Assembly (NCBI GenBank): GCA_963751445.1
Contig: CAVVUL010000008.1
Span: 201,803 to 265,802, forward strand
Direction: 5' to 3'
DNA from: an uncultured Acidobacteriota bacterium
Lineage (GTDB): Bacteria; Acidobacteriota; Vicinamibacteria; Vicinamibacterales; SCN-69-37
Length of the DNA stretch: 64,000 bases
Shown: positions 42,740-56,100 of the stretch, in pieces
Layout: every line of letters begins with the position of its first letter
Numbering within the stretch: position 1 is the stretch's first letter
Program-made: the position numbers and the translations under genes
The notes under the pieces: generated by a model
The model's database searches: none
The model's input: only the letters and a program-made list of their open reading frames with translations
Told to the model about the DNA's origin: nothing

Positions 42740-43909
42740 GTGGCTGACGGCGACCGCACCGGCGCCGCCGCGCCTGGGCCGGCCTGCCGCGTCGCGCTGG
42801 TGCACGACTGGCTGACCGGCATGCGGGGCGGCGAGAAGGTCCTGGAGTCGCTGTGCCGGCTCTTCCCGGACGCGGACCTGCTGACGCTCGTGCACCAGCG
42901 CGGCATCGGTCTCGCCCGCATCGAAGCCGCGGCGCGATTCGCACGTCGCTGGTGCAGCGAGCTGCCGCGCGCCGCCCGCTGCTACCGCGCACTACCTGCC
43001 GGTCTTCCCGTTCGCCATCGAGCAATTCGACCTCGACGACGTGGATCTGGTGATCTCGACGAGCCACTGCGCGGCCAAGTCGGTCGTGCCGACCGGGCGC
43101 GCGCGGCACCTCTGCTACTGCCATTCGCCGATGCGCTACGCGTGGGATCAGTTCGACGCCTACTTCGGCCCGGACCGGCATCGGCCCGATCCCGAACGCG
43201 GCCGCGCGGCCCGTGCTGGCGTGGCTGGCGCGATGGGACCGGCGCCACCGCGCATCGCGTCGATCGGTACGTCGCCAACTCGACGTTACGTTGCCGGGCG
43301 GATTGCGCGGTACTATAATCGGCGAGGCGACGGTGCTGCATCCGCCGGTCGACACGACGTTCTTCACGCCGGACGGCGGCACCGCGCCTGCCGTATTTTC
43401 TCGTGGTGTCAGCCCTGGTGCCGTACAAACGCCTGGATGTGGCGATCGAGGCCGCCAGCGCGCCTCGGGCGTGCCCCTGAAAGTGGTCGGCGCCGGCCCG
43501 GATCTCGGCCCGGCTCCGCGCGCGCGCCGGTCCACCGTGGAGTTCCTCGGTCGCCGTGGAGTGCCGAGGCCCTTCGCGACCTGTACCGCCGCGCGCAGGC
43601 GCTGTGCTGCCGGCTGAAGAGGACTTTGGCATCGCGCCCGTCGAGGCGATGGCGTGCGGCCGGCCCGTCATCGCGCTCGGCCGCGGCGGCGCGACGCGAG
43701 ACGGTCGTGCCCGGCGTCAGCGGCGTGCTGGTCGCCGACGCCGGACGCCCGAGGCGCTTCGCGGACGCCATGCAGGCCGTTCGGCGCCGACGCGTACGAC
43801 GCGTCGCGCCATCCGGCGCGCATGCCGAGGCGCTTCGGGACGGCCGGTTCGAGGCCGGATTCGGCGCGGTCGTCGCCGAATGCTCATCGCGGCAGGCCGC
43901 CGATGCTGA
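42740..43909 (+). CDS. glycosyltransferase family 4 (GT-B), no. 4; multiple frame breaks, both ends uncertain
   Basis: ..RVALVHDWLTGMRGGEKVLESLCRLFPDADLLTL, YLPVFPFAIEQFDL..DLVISTSHCAAK, VDRYVANS, LLPAEEDFGIAPVEAMACGRPVIALGRGGA. Confidence 0.7.
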
Positions 43910-45355
43910 GGCGCCACAACCGCCTGCTCGTCGCCATCTACGTCGTCGCGGACCTGCTCTCGGCGGCCGCGGCGTTCCTCGCTGGCCTACCTCGTCCGCT
44001 TCGACAGCTGGTTCGTGGCCCTCGTGCCGGTGACGAAGAACCAGCCGCCGCTACTTGCAGGTACCTGCTCAGCCTGCCGGTGATTGCGCTGCTCGTCCCG
44101 ATCGCGTTCCAGGTCCAGGGCCTCTACCGGCTGCGTCGCGGGCGGACGCGCGTCGACGACTTCTTCGCCGTGCTCGTCGGCAGCATGCTCGCCGTGACTG
44201 GCCGGCGTGGCCGTCTCGCTCTACGTGCAGGCGTACTACCTGGCGAGCTGAGGCCAGGGGTTCCTCGAATCTCGCGGGCCGTCTGGGCTGCTGTTCCTGG
44301 CGCTGACCGTGATCTTCACCTACACCTCGCGCGAGGTCGTGCGCGATCTGCTTCGGCGCCGCTGGCGTGCGGGCATCGGCCTGCAAGCGCGTGCTGATTG
44401 TCGGCGTCGGGCGATCTCGGCCGCATGGTCGCCGACCGCATCCTCGACCACGGCGAACTGGGGTTCAGGCTCGTCGGCTTCGTCGACGATCAGGCGGCCA
44501 CGAGCGACGCCATCGGCTACCGCGGCCTGCCGCTCCTCGGCACGATCGACGGACGCGCCGAGGTGTGCCGCACGGAAGGCGTCGACGAAATCTACGTCGC
44601 GCTGCCGATCGAGGAGCACGTCAAGATGCTCGGCGTCGTCGAGTTCGCGAGCCGCGAATGCATCAACGTCCACGTCGTGCCCGATCTGCTGCAGTTCATC
44701 GCGCTGCGCGCCCGGCTCGAGGACCTCGACGGCCTGCCGATCATCAGCATCAACGACGTGCCGCTGCGCGGCATTCAACAGCGTGCTCAAGCGCCTCGTC
44801 GACATCGCGCTGTCGCTCGATGCGTCGTGGTGGTCGGCGTCGATGCCCGGCGCTGATCATCGCCGCGCTCATCAAGCGCAGTTCGCCCGGCCCGGTCTTC
44901 TACACCCAGGAGCGCATGGGCCTGGACGGCAAGGCGTTCACGGTCTACAAGTTCCGATCGATGCCGGTGGACGCCGAGGACGCCAGCGGCCCGATCTGGG
45001 CGCGCGACGACGACCCGCGCGCGACGAGCGATCGGCCGCTGGCTGCGCCGGTATCGACGTCGACGAACTGCCGCAGTTCTGGAACGTGCTGCGGGGCGAC
45101 ATGTCCATCGTCGGCCCGCGGCCCGAGCGGCCGTTCTTCGTCGAGCAGTTCAAGCACCGCATTCCCCAGTACATGCTGCGCCACAAGGTGAAGGCCGGCA
45201 TCACGGGCTGGGCGCAGGTCAACGGCTGGCGCGGCAACACGTCGCTCGAGAAGCGCATCGAGTTCGACCTCTACTACATCGAGAACTGGTCGCTGTCGCT
45301 CGACTTCAAGATCATGTGGCTGACGGTCCTGCGGGGCCTGCATCGCGCTGCCTAG
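43903..45355 (+). CDS. polyprenyl-phosphate hexose-1-phosphate transferase (bacterial sugar transferase, priming enzyme); several frame breaks
   Basis: N-terminal TM segments ([18 protein letters not shown]..) and a central Rossmann-like region ([13 protein letters not shown]). C-terminal catalytic domain has [11 protein letters not shown].., [38 protein letters not shown]. Confidence 0.8.
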
Positions 45356-45371
45356 CGGCGCATCACACGTC

Positions 45372-46308
<937 letters not shown>

Positions 46309-46312
<4 letters not shown>

Positions 46313-46362
46313 ACCGGCCCTTCAGGGCCGGCGGGCCCGCCGGGGCTGAAGTCCCGGCCTAC
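46309..46362. repeat. pair of inverted REP-like hairpins forming a 54-bp palindrome (BIME-like)
   Basis: GTAGACCGGCCCTTCAGGGCCGGCGGGCCCGCCGGGGCTGAAGTCCCGGCCTAC. Hairpins are CCGGCCC-TTCA-GGGCCGG (46314-46331) and GCCGGG-GCTGAAGT-CCCGGC (46339-46358). It lies between convergent genes. Confidence 0.7.
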
Positions 46363-46391
46363 ATAGCCCTTGCCGACATTCGCAACGGCCT

Positions 46392-46948
46392 CTACGCGTC
46401 CGCCGGCCGGCGGGTCATGCGGTACAGGTATTCGAAGCCCGACAGCAGCGTGATGGCCAGCGTCAGAGTACACGACCGAGGTGACGAGCGGCGAGGGCCG
46501 CCGTATCGTAGTTGGCGTAGAGCGTCACGACGCCCGTCACCATGAAAGACGGCGGTCGCGACCTTGCCCAGCAGCGACGGCTTGAACGTGCGGCGCGCCA
46601 CGGCGAGATTGAAGATCGCCACGGTCAGCACGATCGCGATGTCGCGGCTGAGGACCAGCACCGTCAGCCAGAGCGGCAGTCGGGCGCGTCAGGCCCAGCC
46701 CCGGCAGCGTCAGCATCACGAACATCGTGGCCAGCAGCAGTTTGTCCGCCATCGGATCCAGCCAGGCGCCCAGCGTCGTCGGTCCCGTGTGGCGCGCGAT
46801 GCAGCCGTCGAAGCGCGTCGGTGGCGCCGGCGACGGCGAAGACGACCAGCGCCCAGCCCGGCCGGCCGTACAGCATGCACAGCGCAAAGACCGGCACCAG
46901 GAGCAGGCGCAGCAGCGTCAGCTGATTGGCGGCGGTCAGCACGTCCAT
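46392..46948 (-). CDS. CDP-alcohol phosphatidyltransferase family protein (second copy); about 3 frame breaks
   Basis: MDVLTAANQLTLLRLLLVPVF.., motif ATDAFDGCIARHTGPTTLGAWLDPMADK, then TM segments (LSRDIAIVLTVAIFNL). Confidence 0.7.
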
Positions 46949-46955
46949 GGTGTTC

Positions 46956-48366
46956 TCAGCGTATCGCCAACTGCTGCGATGCGGGCCAGCGCCGCGAGCA
47001 CCTCGGCGCCGGTCGCGGGGCGCGTCGGCTCGAAGCGGCCCGTCGCATCGGCGGCCATGGCGCCGGCCGAGACGGCCAGCGCCGACGGCGCATAGAACGC
47101 GTTGCCCGGCGCGACGTCCGCGAACGACGGGCGCGAGCGCTCGCCACGCGCCGATTCGTCGGCACGCGCCCCCATCGCCAGCGCCGACCAGCGCCGACAC
47201 GGCCTGCGCCAGATCCACGCGCCTCACGAGGCCGGCCGGCTGGAACGTGTGGTTGGCAAAGACCTCCATCATGCCGGCCTGCGTCACCCTCGCAATCCAC
47301 GGGCGCCGCCCAGTGCCCGCGAATATCGGTCGCCACCTGCGGCCACCTTTGCCGGCGCCCGCGGCAACCAGGCCGGTCGAGCCGCGTGCCAATGAACGCA
47401 GCCAACTGCGCGCGCGTCACGGACGACGCGATGGAGACAGATCGCGCAATCTCGTTCGGCATGGCCGTCGACGTCCGCCCGCGCCCGGCTCGCATCGGCC
47501 GTTCGCCTTCCACGCGGGGTCAAGGGCGGCGGCTCGCGCATAGGCGCGACGGCCGAGTCGCTCAATCGTCCGCGCGCCTCGAGCACATCGCGCCAAGGAG
47601 GCCCAGGGCCGGCAGCGTCCCCCGGATCGAGCATCACTGCGCGCTGCGCGTGCGGCCTCCGCATCGTCCAGTCTGCCCGACCGGAGTTCCACGCTCGGCC
47701 AAGTCCCGAGGACGATGGTGCTGGCTGGATACGCGGCCAGCGCGCTGCGTCAGCAACGCGATCGGCTTCGTCGAGCTGCCCGGCCTGACGTGCGCGGCGG
47801 CCGTCATCGATGAGCGACTGCATCTGCCGGAGGCGCAGCATCTCCATCCGCGTCCGCTCCGCCGTCGCGCTGAAGAATCGAGCTCGAGCGATTCGCTCCA
47901 GGGCGGTCAGGGCCGCGTCCGTAACTTTCCGGCCCGAGATAGGCGTCCAGCCAGGCCCGTGCCACGCCGGCAGGTACTGCTCGTTGCGGGCACGCACGCG
48001 TTGAATGAACGTGACGCGGCGGCCGTGAAATCCTTGCGACCGGCCAGCGCAGACAAGACCGAGGCCGGCCTCGGCCGGATAGAACGCCGGCGACTGCTGC
48101 AGCAGTGCGCTGAACTCGCGGCGGCGCCGCGCAGATCGCCCGCCTGCAGCCGCTGCCACGCGAGGGCCGCCGATCGCGCTGTTCCGGCACGGCCTTCGGG
48201 CCGCCTGGAGTCCAACGCCGGGAATTCAGGGTGCTTGGGCCCGGCACCGCCCGGCGCCTTCGGCGTCGACCGCACGCGGGCAACACGACCGCCGCGACCG
48301 TCGCGAGCGCCAAGACGCCAGGCGGCCGCGGGCGCGCTCGACACTGGCGCTTGTCTTCAGCGTCAT
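46956..48366 (-). CDS. secreted TPR-like protein with C-terminal SLH-like domains; many frame breaks
   Basis: SLH-like repeats: DIRGHWAAPWIARVTQAGMMEVFANHTFQPAGLVRRVDLAQAV and FADVAPGNAFYAPSALAVSAGAMAADATGRFEPTRPATGAEVLAALARI. The upstream half is helical/TPR-like. The ATG at 48366 overlaps the hflX stop (ATGA). The reconstruction has low precision. Confidence 0.5.
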
Positions 48367-49656
48367 GATCGGCCTCCTGCGCGGCGGAATCGCGGCAGCA
48401 GCCGGCGCGGCACGTCCGCCTCGACCATACTGCGATCGTCTTCGGTCGATGGCTGACGACCCGCGCGTGCCGATACAGATCGGCGAGCACGCGTCGGTCG
48501 CGTCACGCGTCTCGTCGAAATCGAAGCGTACGCGGTCGGCGTCCATGGCGAGCCGCCCGGCGATCGGCGTCACGATGACGCGCGCGCCCGGTCGCTGTCG
48601 GGTCGCGGAGATGAACAGCGCCTCCGGATGCAGCGCGTGCAGCCGCGCCAGTTCGTCGCGACCGACAGGTCGATCTTGTTGTAGACCTCGAGGACACGGC
48701 ACCCGCTCGGCGCCCACCTCGAGCAGCACGGCGCGACGGCCTCGATGCGGCGATCGCGGTCGTCGCCGCACCGTCAATCACGTGGACCAGCAGATCCGCC
48801 GCCAGCCACTTCCTCGAGCGTGGCACGGAACGCCGCCACGAACTGATGCGGTAGCCGGTCGATGAAACCGACCGTGTCGGACAGCAGAATCTGCCGCGCG
48901 TCGGCAGCTTCATCCGACGCACCAGCGGATCGAGCGTGACGAACAACGCGTGCGACGCCACCGCCTCCGCACCGGTCAGCAGGTTGAAGAGCGTCGTCTT
49001 CCCGGCGTTCGTGTAGCCGACGAGCGCCACGGTCGGGCACGTCGGTGCGCTTCCGCCGCGTCGCGCAGGTAGCCCCGGCGCTGGCTGACCTCCGCGATGT
49101 CGCCCTTGAGCACCGAAATCCGGTGCCTGAATGCGGCGCCGGTCGGTCTCGAGCTTGGTTTCGCCCGGGCCGCGCGTGCCGATGCCGCCGCCCAGTCGCG
49201 ACAACGCGTCACTGGATCCCGCCAGCCGCGGCAGCCGGTATTGCAGCTGCGCGAGTTCCACCTGCAGTTGTCCTTCGTGCGTTCGCGCGCGACGGGCGAA
49301 GATGTCCAGAATCAGTTCGGTGCGGTCGATGACGCGGCGGCCGCACGCCTTTTCGAGATTGCGGGCCTGCGCGGGCGTCAGGTCGTTGTCCACGATGATC
49401 AGGTTCGCGTCGATCTTCGTCGCAGGCGCGCGCGCCAGTTGCTCGCTTTGCCGCTGCCGATCAACGTCGCCGGATCGGCGCTGGCGCGTTCCTGCACCAC
49501 GCGCAGCACGACCCGCGCGCCGGCCGCCATCGCGAGCCCCGCGAGTTCCTCGAGTTGCAGTTCGGGATCGGCTGACCGAGATCCGCCGCGTGACCAGGCC
49601 CACGAGCGCCGCGCGTTCGGCGGGCGCTTGTTGGAGACCGCGCCGCGTGATGTCAT
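48363..49656 (-). CDS. hflX: GTPase HflX; several frame breaks
   Basis: [86 protein letters not shown]. Reconstructed C-terminus is ..[18 protein letters not shown].. Confidence 0.8.
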
Positions 49657-50283
49657 CGTTGAATCGAGTGTAGCACGCGATCCCACGGGATCGCGCCCGC
49701 GCGAATCAGCACGGCGGCGCTGCCGCGCATCGACGATCGTCGACGGCGTCCGCCCGCCGTCGCGGCCGCCGTCAATCACCAGCAGATGTCGGCGCCGCGA
49801 GATGACGAAAGAGCCGCGGCCTCAATCGCCGCCGGACGGTGCGCCGCTCCGGTTGGCGCTCGTCGCCGGGAAGCGGACTGCCCCACGCCTCGGCCAGCGC
49901 GCGCGCGACCGGATGGGCCGGCACGCGGATCGGCCACGGTGCCGCGTCCGCGCATGCACCGCGGGACACGACCGAGCGGGCGCATCGCAAATCAGCGACA
50001 GCGGTCCCGGCCAGAACGCCGCGGCCAGCGCCGCGCCGAATGGGGCCAGCCCGCACCACGCGGCAACCTGCGCGCGCGACGCCGCCACGAACGGCAACGC
50101 GGCGTCGACGCGCCTCGTCCCTTCAGCGCAAACAGCGCGGCCGACCGCGCGCGGCGACGCCGGATCGACGGCCAGACCATACAGCGTGTCGGTCGGATAC
50201 GCGACGATCCCGCCCTTCCGCAGGAACTCGACCGCGGGCGCCAGAATCGCCCGGCGTGCAGGTCGCGGGTCAACGCGCAGCAT
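49653..50283 (-). CDS. tsaC: L-threonylcarbamoyladenylate synthase (TsaC/YrdC family); about 3 frame breaks
   Basis: [49 protein letters not shown]. The stop overlaps the hflX ATG (ATGA). Confidence 0.75.
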
Positions 50284-51505
50284 CACGGCGCATCCCCCGG
50301 TGGACACAACCACGCCAGCACGGCCAGACCGGCGGCATCGGCCAGGAAACACGGCCCGCATGCTGCGCGCGCCGATGAACCCGGCGACGACCGGACTGAC
50401 GGCCAGGCCCGATCAGGTACGCCGACGTCAGGTAGCCGAACGCGATGCCGCGCCAGCGACGACGGCAGCGTGTGCGTGGCCGCGGTGTAGACGTGCACGT
50501 CGTCGCCGTGCCCAGCGCGAAGCCGAAACACCGCCGCCGATCACCAGGAGCGCCGCCACGGGCGGCCGACGCGCTGAAGATCAGCGCCGCGCCGCGCCGC
50601 GAGCGCCGCCATCGCCGGCACGACGACCGCGGCGGACGGCGCCGGAGCAGCCACGCGCTCGTCTGGTTCCCGACCGCCGCCGCGCCGGCGGTAACCGTGA
50701 ACAGAGATGCCCGACAGGACAGCGGCACCCGCGCCGACGCGAACCCAATCTCCCGCAGGTACAGCGGCAGGATCGGTCCAAGGCTCCGATCGACCATCTG
50801 CAAGCCAAACACGACGGTCATCAGCAGCACGAAATGCGGCACCGGCCGCAGCGTCCGCAGATTCACGCGCTCGGCCTCCGCCTCGTGCCGCGGGGACAGC
50901 GGCGCGCGCACTTCGCGGTAGCCGACGATCACGAACAGGAACGCGAGAGGTACATCGCGGCCGAAACGAGGAACGCTGTGCGGGATGCCGATCGTCTGGG
51001 CGAGGCTCCCGCCGATGACGGGCCCCAACGCCGGCCCGAGCCGCTGCGCGGTTTGCACCCAGCCGATGGCGTTCGCGATCTGATCCGGCGGCGCCGACTC
51101 GGCCGCCATGGTCATCGCAATGGGCCCGTAGCCGGCAAACAAGCCCTGAATCGCGCGGAGCGCGAAGACCTGCCACGGCGCGGTCACGAGCCCCATCAGC
51201 GACATGATGATGACGAAGCTCCCGAGCGACCGCGCCACCATCATCTTGCGGCCATAACGCAGCGCCAGCCGCGCCCAGACGGGCGCCATCGCCGCCGTCA
51301 CGGCGGGCGTCACGCCGAGGCTGAAGCCCGACCACACGGCCACGCTCGCCGGATCGCGCACGCCGAGCTGCTCGAAGTACAGCGGCAGGAAGGGCATCAC
51401 GAGCGTGAAGCCGGTGAAGCCGATGAAGGTGGCGCCAGTGACGGCCGCCTGGTTGCGCCGCCAGTCCGGCGCGGCGGGCCCGGGAGCGGAGGGAGATGGC
51501 GTCAT
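50283..51505 (-). CDS. MFS transporter; frame breaks in the C-terminal half, 3' end uncertain (50270-50283)
   Basis: The N-terminal half is continuous: FIGFTGFTLVMPFLPLYFEQLG, RLALRYGRKMMV (loop 2-3 motif), LRAIQGLFAGYGP. The C-terminal half is split between frames. Confidence 0.7.
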
Positions 51506-51514
51506 CCGTGCCGC

Positions 51515-52314
51515 TTACGCGGACCGCTGGACCTCAACCGGGTCGCCAACAGACACGCCCAGCCGCCGGGCCGCGCTCGCCGCCAGGACCGAGCACTCGA
51601 GATGATCCGTGCTGCCGAACAGCGCGCCGATTTCACCCGGCTGGAGGTCGGCGTACGTCGAGACCGAGCCGGCCAATGGCGTGCCGGCCACGCGCACCCT
51701 GAACCCGGCGCTTCCCGCGCCGAACTTCTCGCACGATCGCCGGTCCAGATTGGTGACGACGTTGCCGAATCGATCGACGCGGACCACGCAGCCGCAGAGC
51801 GCAGTCGCCGCGCACCTCCGGCACCGGCAGGCTGAGCAGCTGGTAGTCCGTCACGGACCGGCCGAACGCTTCGAGATGAATGCCCTTGGCGATGAACGCC
51901 GCCGCCGGCGCGAATCGATCGCGCCCTTCGAACGTGCGGCTCACGGTGGGCCTGCGCGTAGCGGCGCTCGCTCAGTTCCACGACCCGCTTGGGCGGCGCC
52001 TCCTGGAAGACGGCGGTCAGCACGCCGTTGTCGGGCGCGATGAACTTCCGGTCCGCCGCCTCCGCGGCGATCCCGCGCCGCGCCGTGCCGACGCCGGGAT
52101 CCACCACGACCAGGAAGATCGTGCCCGCCGGGAAATGCCGGTACGTCGCGGCCAGTTCGTGGGCGGCAAACGCAATGTCGTGGGGCGGCAGATCGTGCGT
52201 GACGTCGACCAGCGTCACGTCCGGGCAGATGCCCAGGATCACGCCTTTCATGACGCCCGAGTAATGATCGCGGGTTCCGAAGTCGGTCAGCAGCGCAATG
52301 ATCGGCCGAGGCAT
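51515..52314 (-). CDS. SAM hydroxide adenosyltransferase / SAM-dependent halogenase family (DUF62) protein; about 3 frame breaks
   Basis: IIALLTDFGTRDHYSGVMKGVILGICPDVTLVDVTHDLPPHDI, VVVDPGVGTARRGI, FIAPDNGVLT, then FEGRDRFAPAAAFIAKG and VVRVDRFGNVVTNL in other frames. Confidence 0.75.
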
Positions 52315-52329
52315 GGCAGCCGGGGTAGT

Positions 52330-52934
52330 TTACCCCGGTCCGTCCGTCACGGCTTGCGGAGCAGCACTTCGCGCGTGTGGTTCTGCGAGGAGCACGGATT
52401 CGACCGTCGACAACCCTTCGAAGAGACGCGCAATCTCGCCGGTTTGCAGCGCGTACCGCACGCGCCGTGCGGCCGGCTCGCGGCGGCATTTCACCGCCGT
52501 GTCCGACTGCACGATGAACTTGGTGCGGAAGTCCAGGTCGCCGGCCGTCGTCCCGAACAGGCCGTGCAGCACGCCCTTGGGCCGAAGCGCTCCGCAAGGG
52601 ATCGGCGAGCGCCCGGGCCGCCGGGCGGTCCAGGCAATCAAACAGGTCCCAGCACAGATGACGCCATGGACCGGTTCCGACACCGCGACGGTCACCCGTT
52701 CGATGAGCGCCTCCGCCAATCCCTCGGTGCTGCCGGTCTTCAGCACCGCCTCGACGTCCACGCGCAGATCCGCGATCGACCATCTTGCAGGACAGGCGGT
52801 CGCCAAAGAACGACACGTTGGTGCCCACGACGGGGCCCAGGTCGAGCAGGATCGGCGAGGGTTCATGGGCCGAGCGCCGCCAGCAACTTCGGCAGGGCGC
52901 GGGATGCCGACAGGGTTTCGACGATGCGTGACAC
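52330..52934 (-). CDS. hypothetical protein, class I SAM-methyltransferase-like fold (tentative); about 4 frame breaks, ends uncertain
   Basis: Motif-I-like ILLDLGPVVGTNVSFFG, then ..VICWDLFDCLD.. and ..KGVLHGLF.. Fragments alternate between ORFs 52330..52866 and 51941..53062. Confidence 0.4.
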
Positions 52935-52980
52935 CGATGGCGTCTCCGGCGCAGTCGTCTCCCCTGCTCGCGCGCCCCAG

Positions 52981-53554
52981 CTAAAGAATCGAGACAAGAA
53001 CCCTTCGCCCCGGAACCGCCCGTGGTCGCGGCGCTACCGCGCGGCGACCGACGGCGCGGCACCCGCCGGCTGCGGCAACGATGACGCCACAGGCTTGGCC
53101 TCGGCGGCCGGACTCTCCGCCTTGGCCGCCCTGCATGTCGATGCTGCCCGCGGAAGTGCGCGCCGTCCGCAATCGCGACGCGCGGCGCCGACGAGGTTGC
53201 CTTCGACCACGCCTTTGTCGCGAATATCGATGCGTTCTCCCGCGCTGATGTTGCCGTGGACCTGGCCTTCGACCACGACGGTCTTGGCGAACACCTGCGC
53301 CTTGATCTTCGCGTTCGGCCCGATGGTCAGGAGGTTCTGCCGAAGTTCAATCTTCCCTTCGACCTGTCCCTCGATCGTCAGGTCTTCGCTGCCGCTCAGT
53401 TCACCTTTGATAACGACGCTTTTTCCAATATTCACGGTGGCTATCTCCTGGCGGAGGGGTTCGCGGGCGGAATGGGTGGCACAGGCGCCGCGGCGCGGGC
53501 CGGCGGCGGACTCGGAGGCGGGGGCGGGCTCGCCGGTTCTTCACGTTTCCACAT
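52981..53554 (-). CDS. bactofilin family cytoskeletal protein with Pro-rich N-terminus and Ala/Pro-rich tail; about 2 frame breaks
   Basis: Core is NIGKSVVIKGELSGSEDLTIEGQVEGKIEL..NLLTIGPNAKIKAQVFAKTVVVEGQVHGNISAGERIDIRDKGVVEGNL. A likely N-terminal extension MWKREEPASPPPPPSPPP.. lies in ORF 53441..53635, and the tail is in ORF 52981..53172. Confidence 0.75.
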
Positions 53555-53690
53555 AGTGCACTGCAACTCCAGTATCGGAATTCGGCGCCGTCCACCAGGG
53601 GGGGACGAGTCGCCACTTTTAGTATCGGCTACCATCGTCTCGCTTCAGCAGTCCTCGCTGTGCACCCCGCATGCTAGGATGTGAAGAATC

Positions 53691-54870
53691 GTGCGGATTT
53701 ACCTCGATTACAACGCCACGGCCCCGTGTGCCCCTGAGGTGGTCGAGGCGGTGGCCCGGGCCATGCGTGACGATTGGGAACCCGTCGTCCATCCACGCCT
53801 TCGGGCAGCGGGCCAAGGCCGCCCTGGACCAGGCCCGCTCGGAGGTGGCCGCCCTGCTTGGGGCGGACCCGATCGGAGGTCGTGTTCACGTCGGGCGGCA
53901 CGGAGGCGGACAACCTCGCCCTTCGGGGCGCCGTGGAGCGCTCGCGTCGACCGGCCGCCACCGCTCGTCACGACCGGCATCGAGCACGAGGCGGTGCTCA
54001 ACACCGCGAAGGCGCTGGCCGCACACGGGCGCCGAGGTGGTCGCGATTCCCGCCGGCGCGCGGACGGCATCGTTGATCCGGAGGCGGTCGGCGGCGCAGG
54101 TGACCGCGGACACCGCGCTCGTCTCGGTGATGCTGGCCAACAACGAGATCGGCACGCATGCAGCCCTCGCCGAGATGGCGCCGCGTCAGCCGCGCGAGCG
54201 GGCGCACTGCTCCACACCGATGCCGTGCAGGCGGTCGGCAAGGTTCCGGTCGTCCGTCCGATCGCTCGGGCGTCGATCTGCTGTCGCTGTCGGCGCACAA
54301 GTTCGGCGGACCCAAGGGCGTCGGCGCGCTGTGGATTCGACGCGGCGTGCGGCTGGTGGCGCAGATGACCGGCGGCCGCCAGGAACGGAACCGCCGCGCG
54401 CGGCACGGAGAACGTGCCGGCGCATGGTCGGGATGGGCGTGGCGGCGGCGGCTCGCGCGCGCAGGCGCTGGCCACGGCGGGCGAGATGGCCAGCCCTGCG
54501 CGATCGCCTGGAGCGCGGCATCCTCGGCCAGGTGTCCGGGCACGCGGTGAACGGCGCCCCGGACGCCGCGCGTGCCGAACACGAGCGAACATCAGCTTCG
54601 ACGGCATCGAAGCGGAGTCGCTGCTGATCGCGCTCGACCTCGAGGGCATCGCCGTCTCCACCGGGTCCGCCTGTTCGTCGGGCACGCTGGAGCCGTCGCA
54701 CGTGCTCAAGCGCGATGGGATTGCCGCAGGCCTTCGCGCGCAACTCGCTGCGATTCAGCCTGGGATCGTCGACGACCCGCGCGAAGACATCGACGCCGTG
54801 CATCGGCGTGATGCCGCGCCTCGTGACCAAGCTGCGCCGCCTCGGGCGCACGGCCGAGGCCCTCAGGTAG
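53691..54870 (+). CDS. iscS: cysteine desulfurase (IscS/NifS family); many frame breaks
   Basis: (V)[63 protein letters not shown] (PLP Lys), STGSACSSG (active Cys). Confidence 0.85.
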
Positions 54871-54872
54871 CC

Positions 54873-55950
<1,078 letters not shown>

Positions 55951-56100
55951 GGGCAGAGGGCAAAAGGCAGAGGGCAGAGGGAGGTCAGAAGTAAGAAGGA
56001 ACAAAGGGGCATCTACTTCCGAGCCACGTCGCTACGGCGCTGACCTCTTCCCTTCCTTCCTTTGAGTTCCCTTTGACCTCTGCCCTCTGCCCTCTGCCTG
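55951..56100. repeat. 150-bp imperfect palindrome built from GGCAGAG / CTCTGCC and GGTCAGA / TGACCTC heptamers, filling the whole mnmA/trxB convergent spacer
   Basis: The left arm is GGGCAGAGGGCAAAAGGCAGAGGGCAGAGGGAGGTCAGAAG. The right arm is CTTTGACCTCTGCCCTCTGCCCTCTGCCTG. Inner arms are AAGAAGGAACAAAGGGG / CCCTTCCTTCCTTTG. Confidence 0.8.

Noticed and set aside
46564-48456. 630-aa plus-strand ORF opposite the CDP-alcohol transferase and TPR/SLH genes
   Set aside because: Same reasoning. It is Arg/Pro-rich low-complexity translation antisense to genes with recognisable motifs.
49097-51835. 912-aa plus-strand ORF spanning hflX, tsaC, the MFS gene and the DUF62 gene
   Set aside because: It is a shadow ORF opposite four recognisable minus-strand genes. 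It is extremely Arg/Pro/Ala-rich with no motifs.
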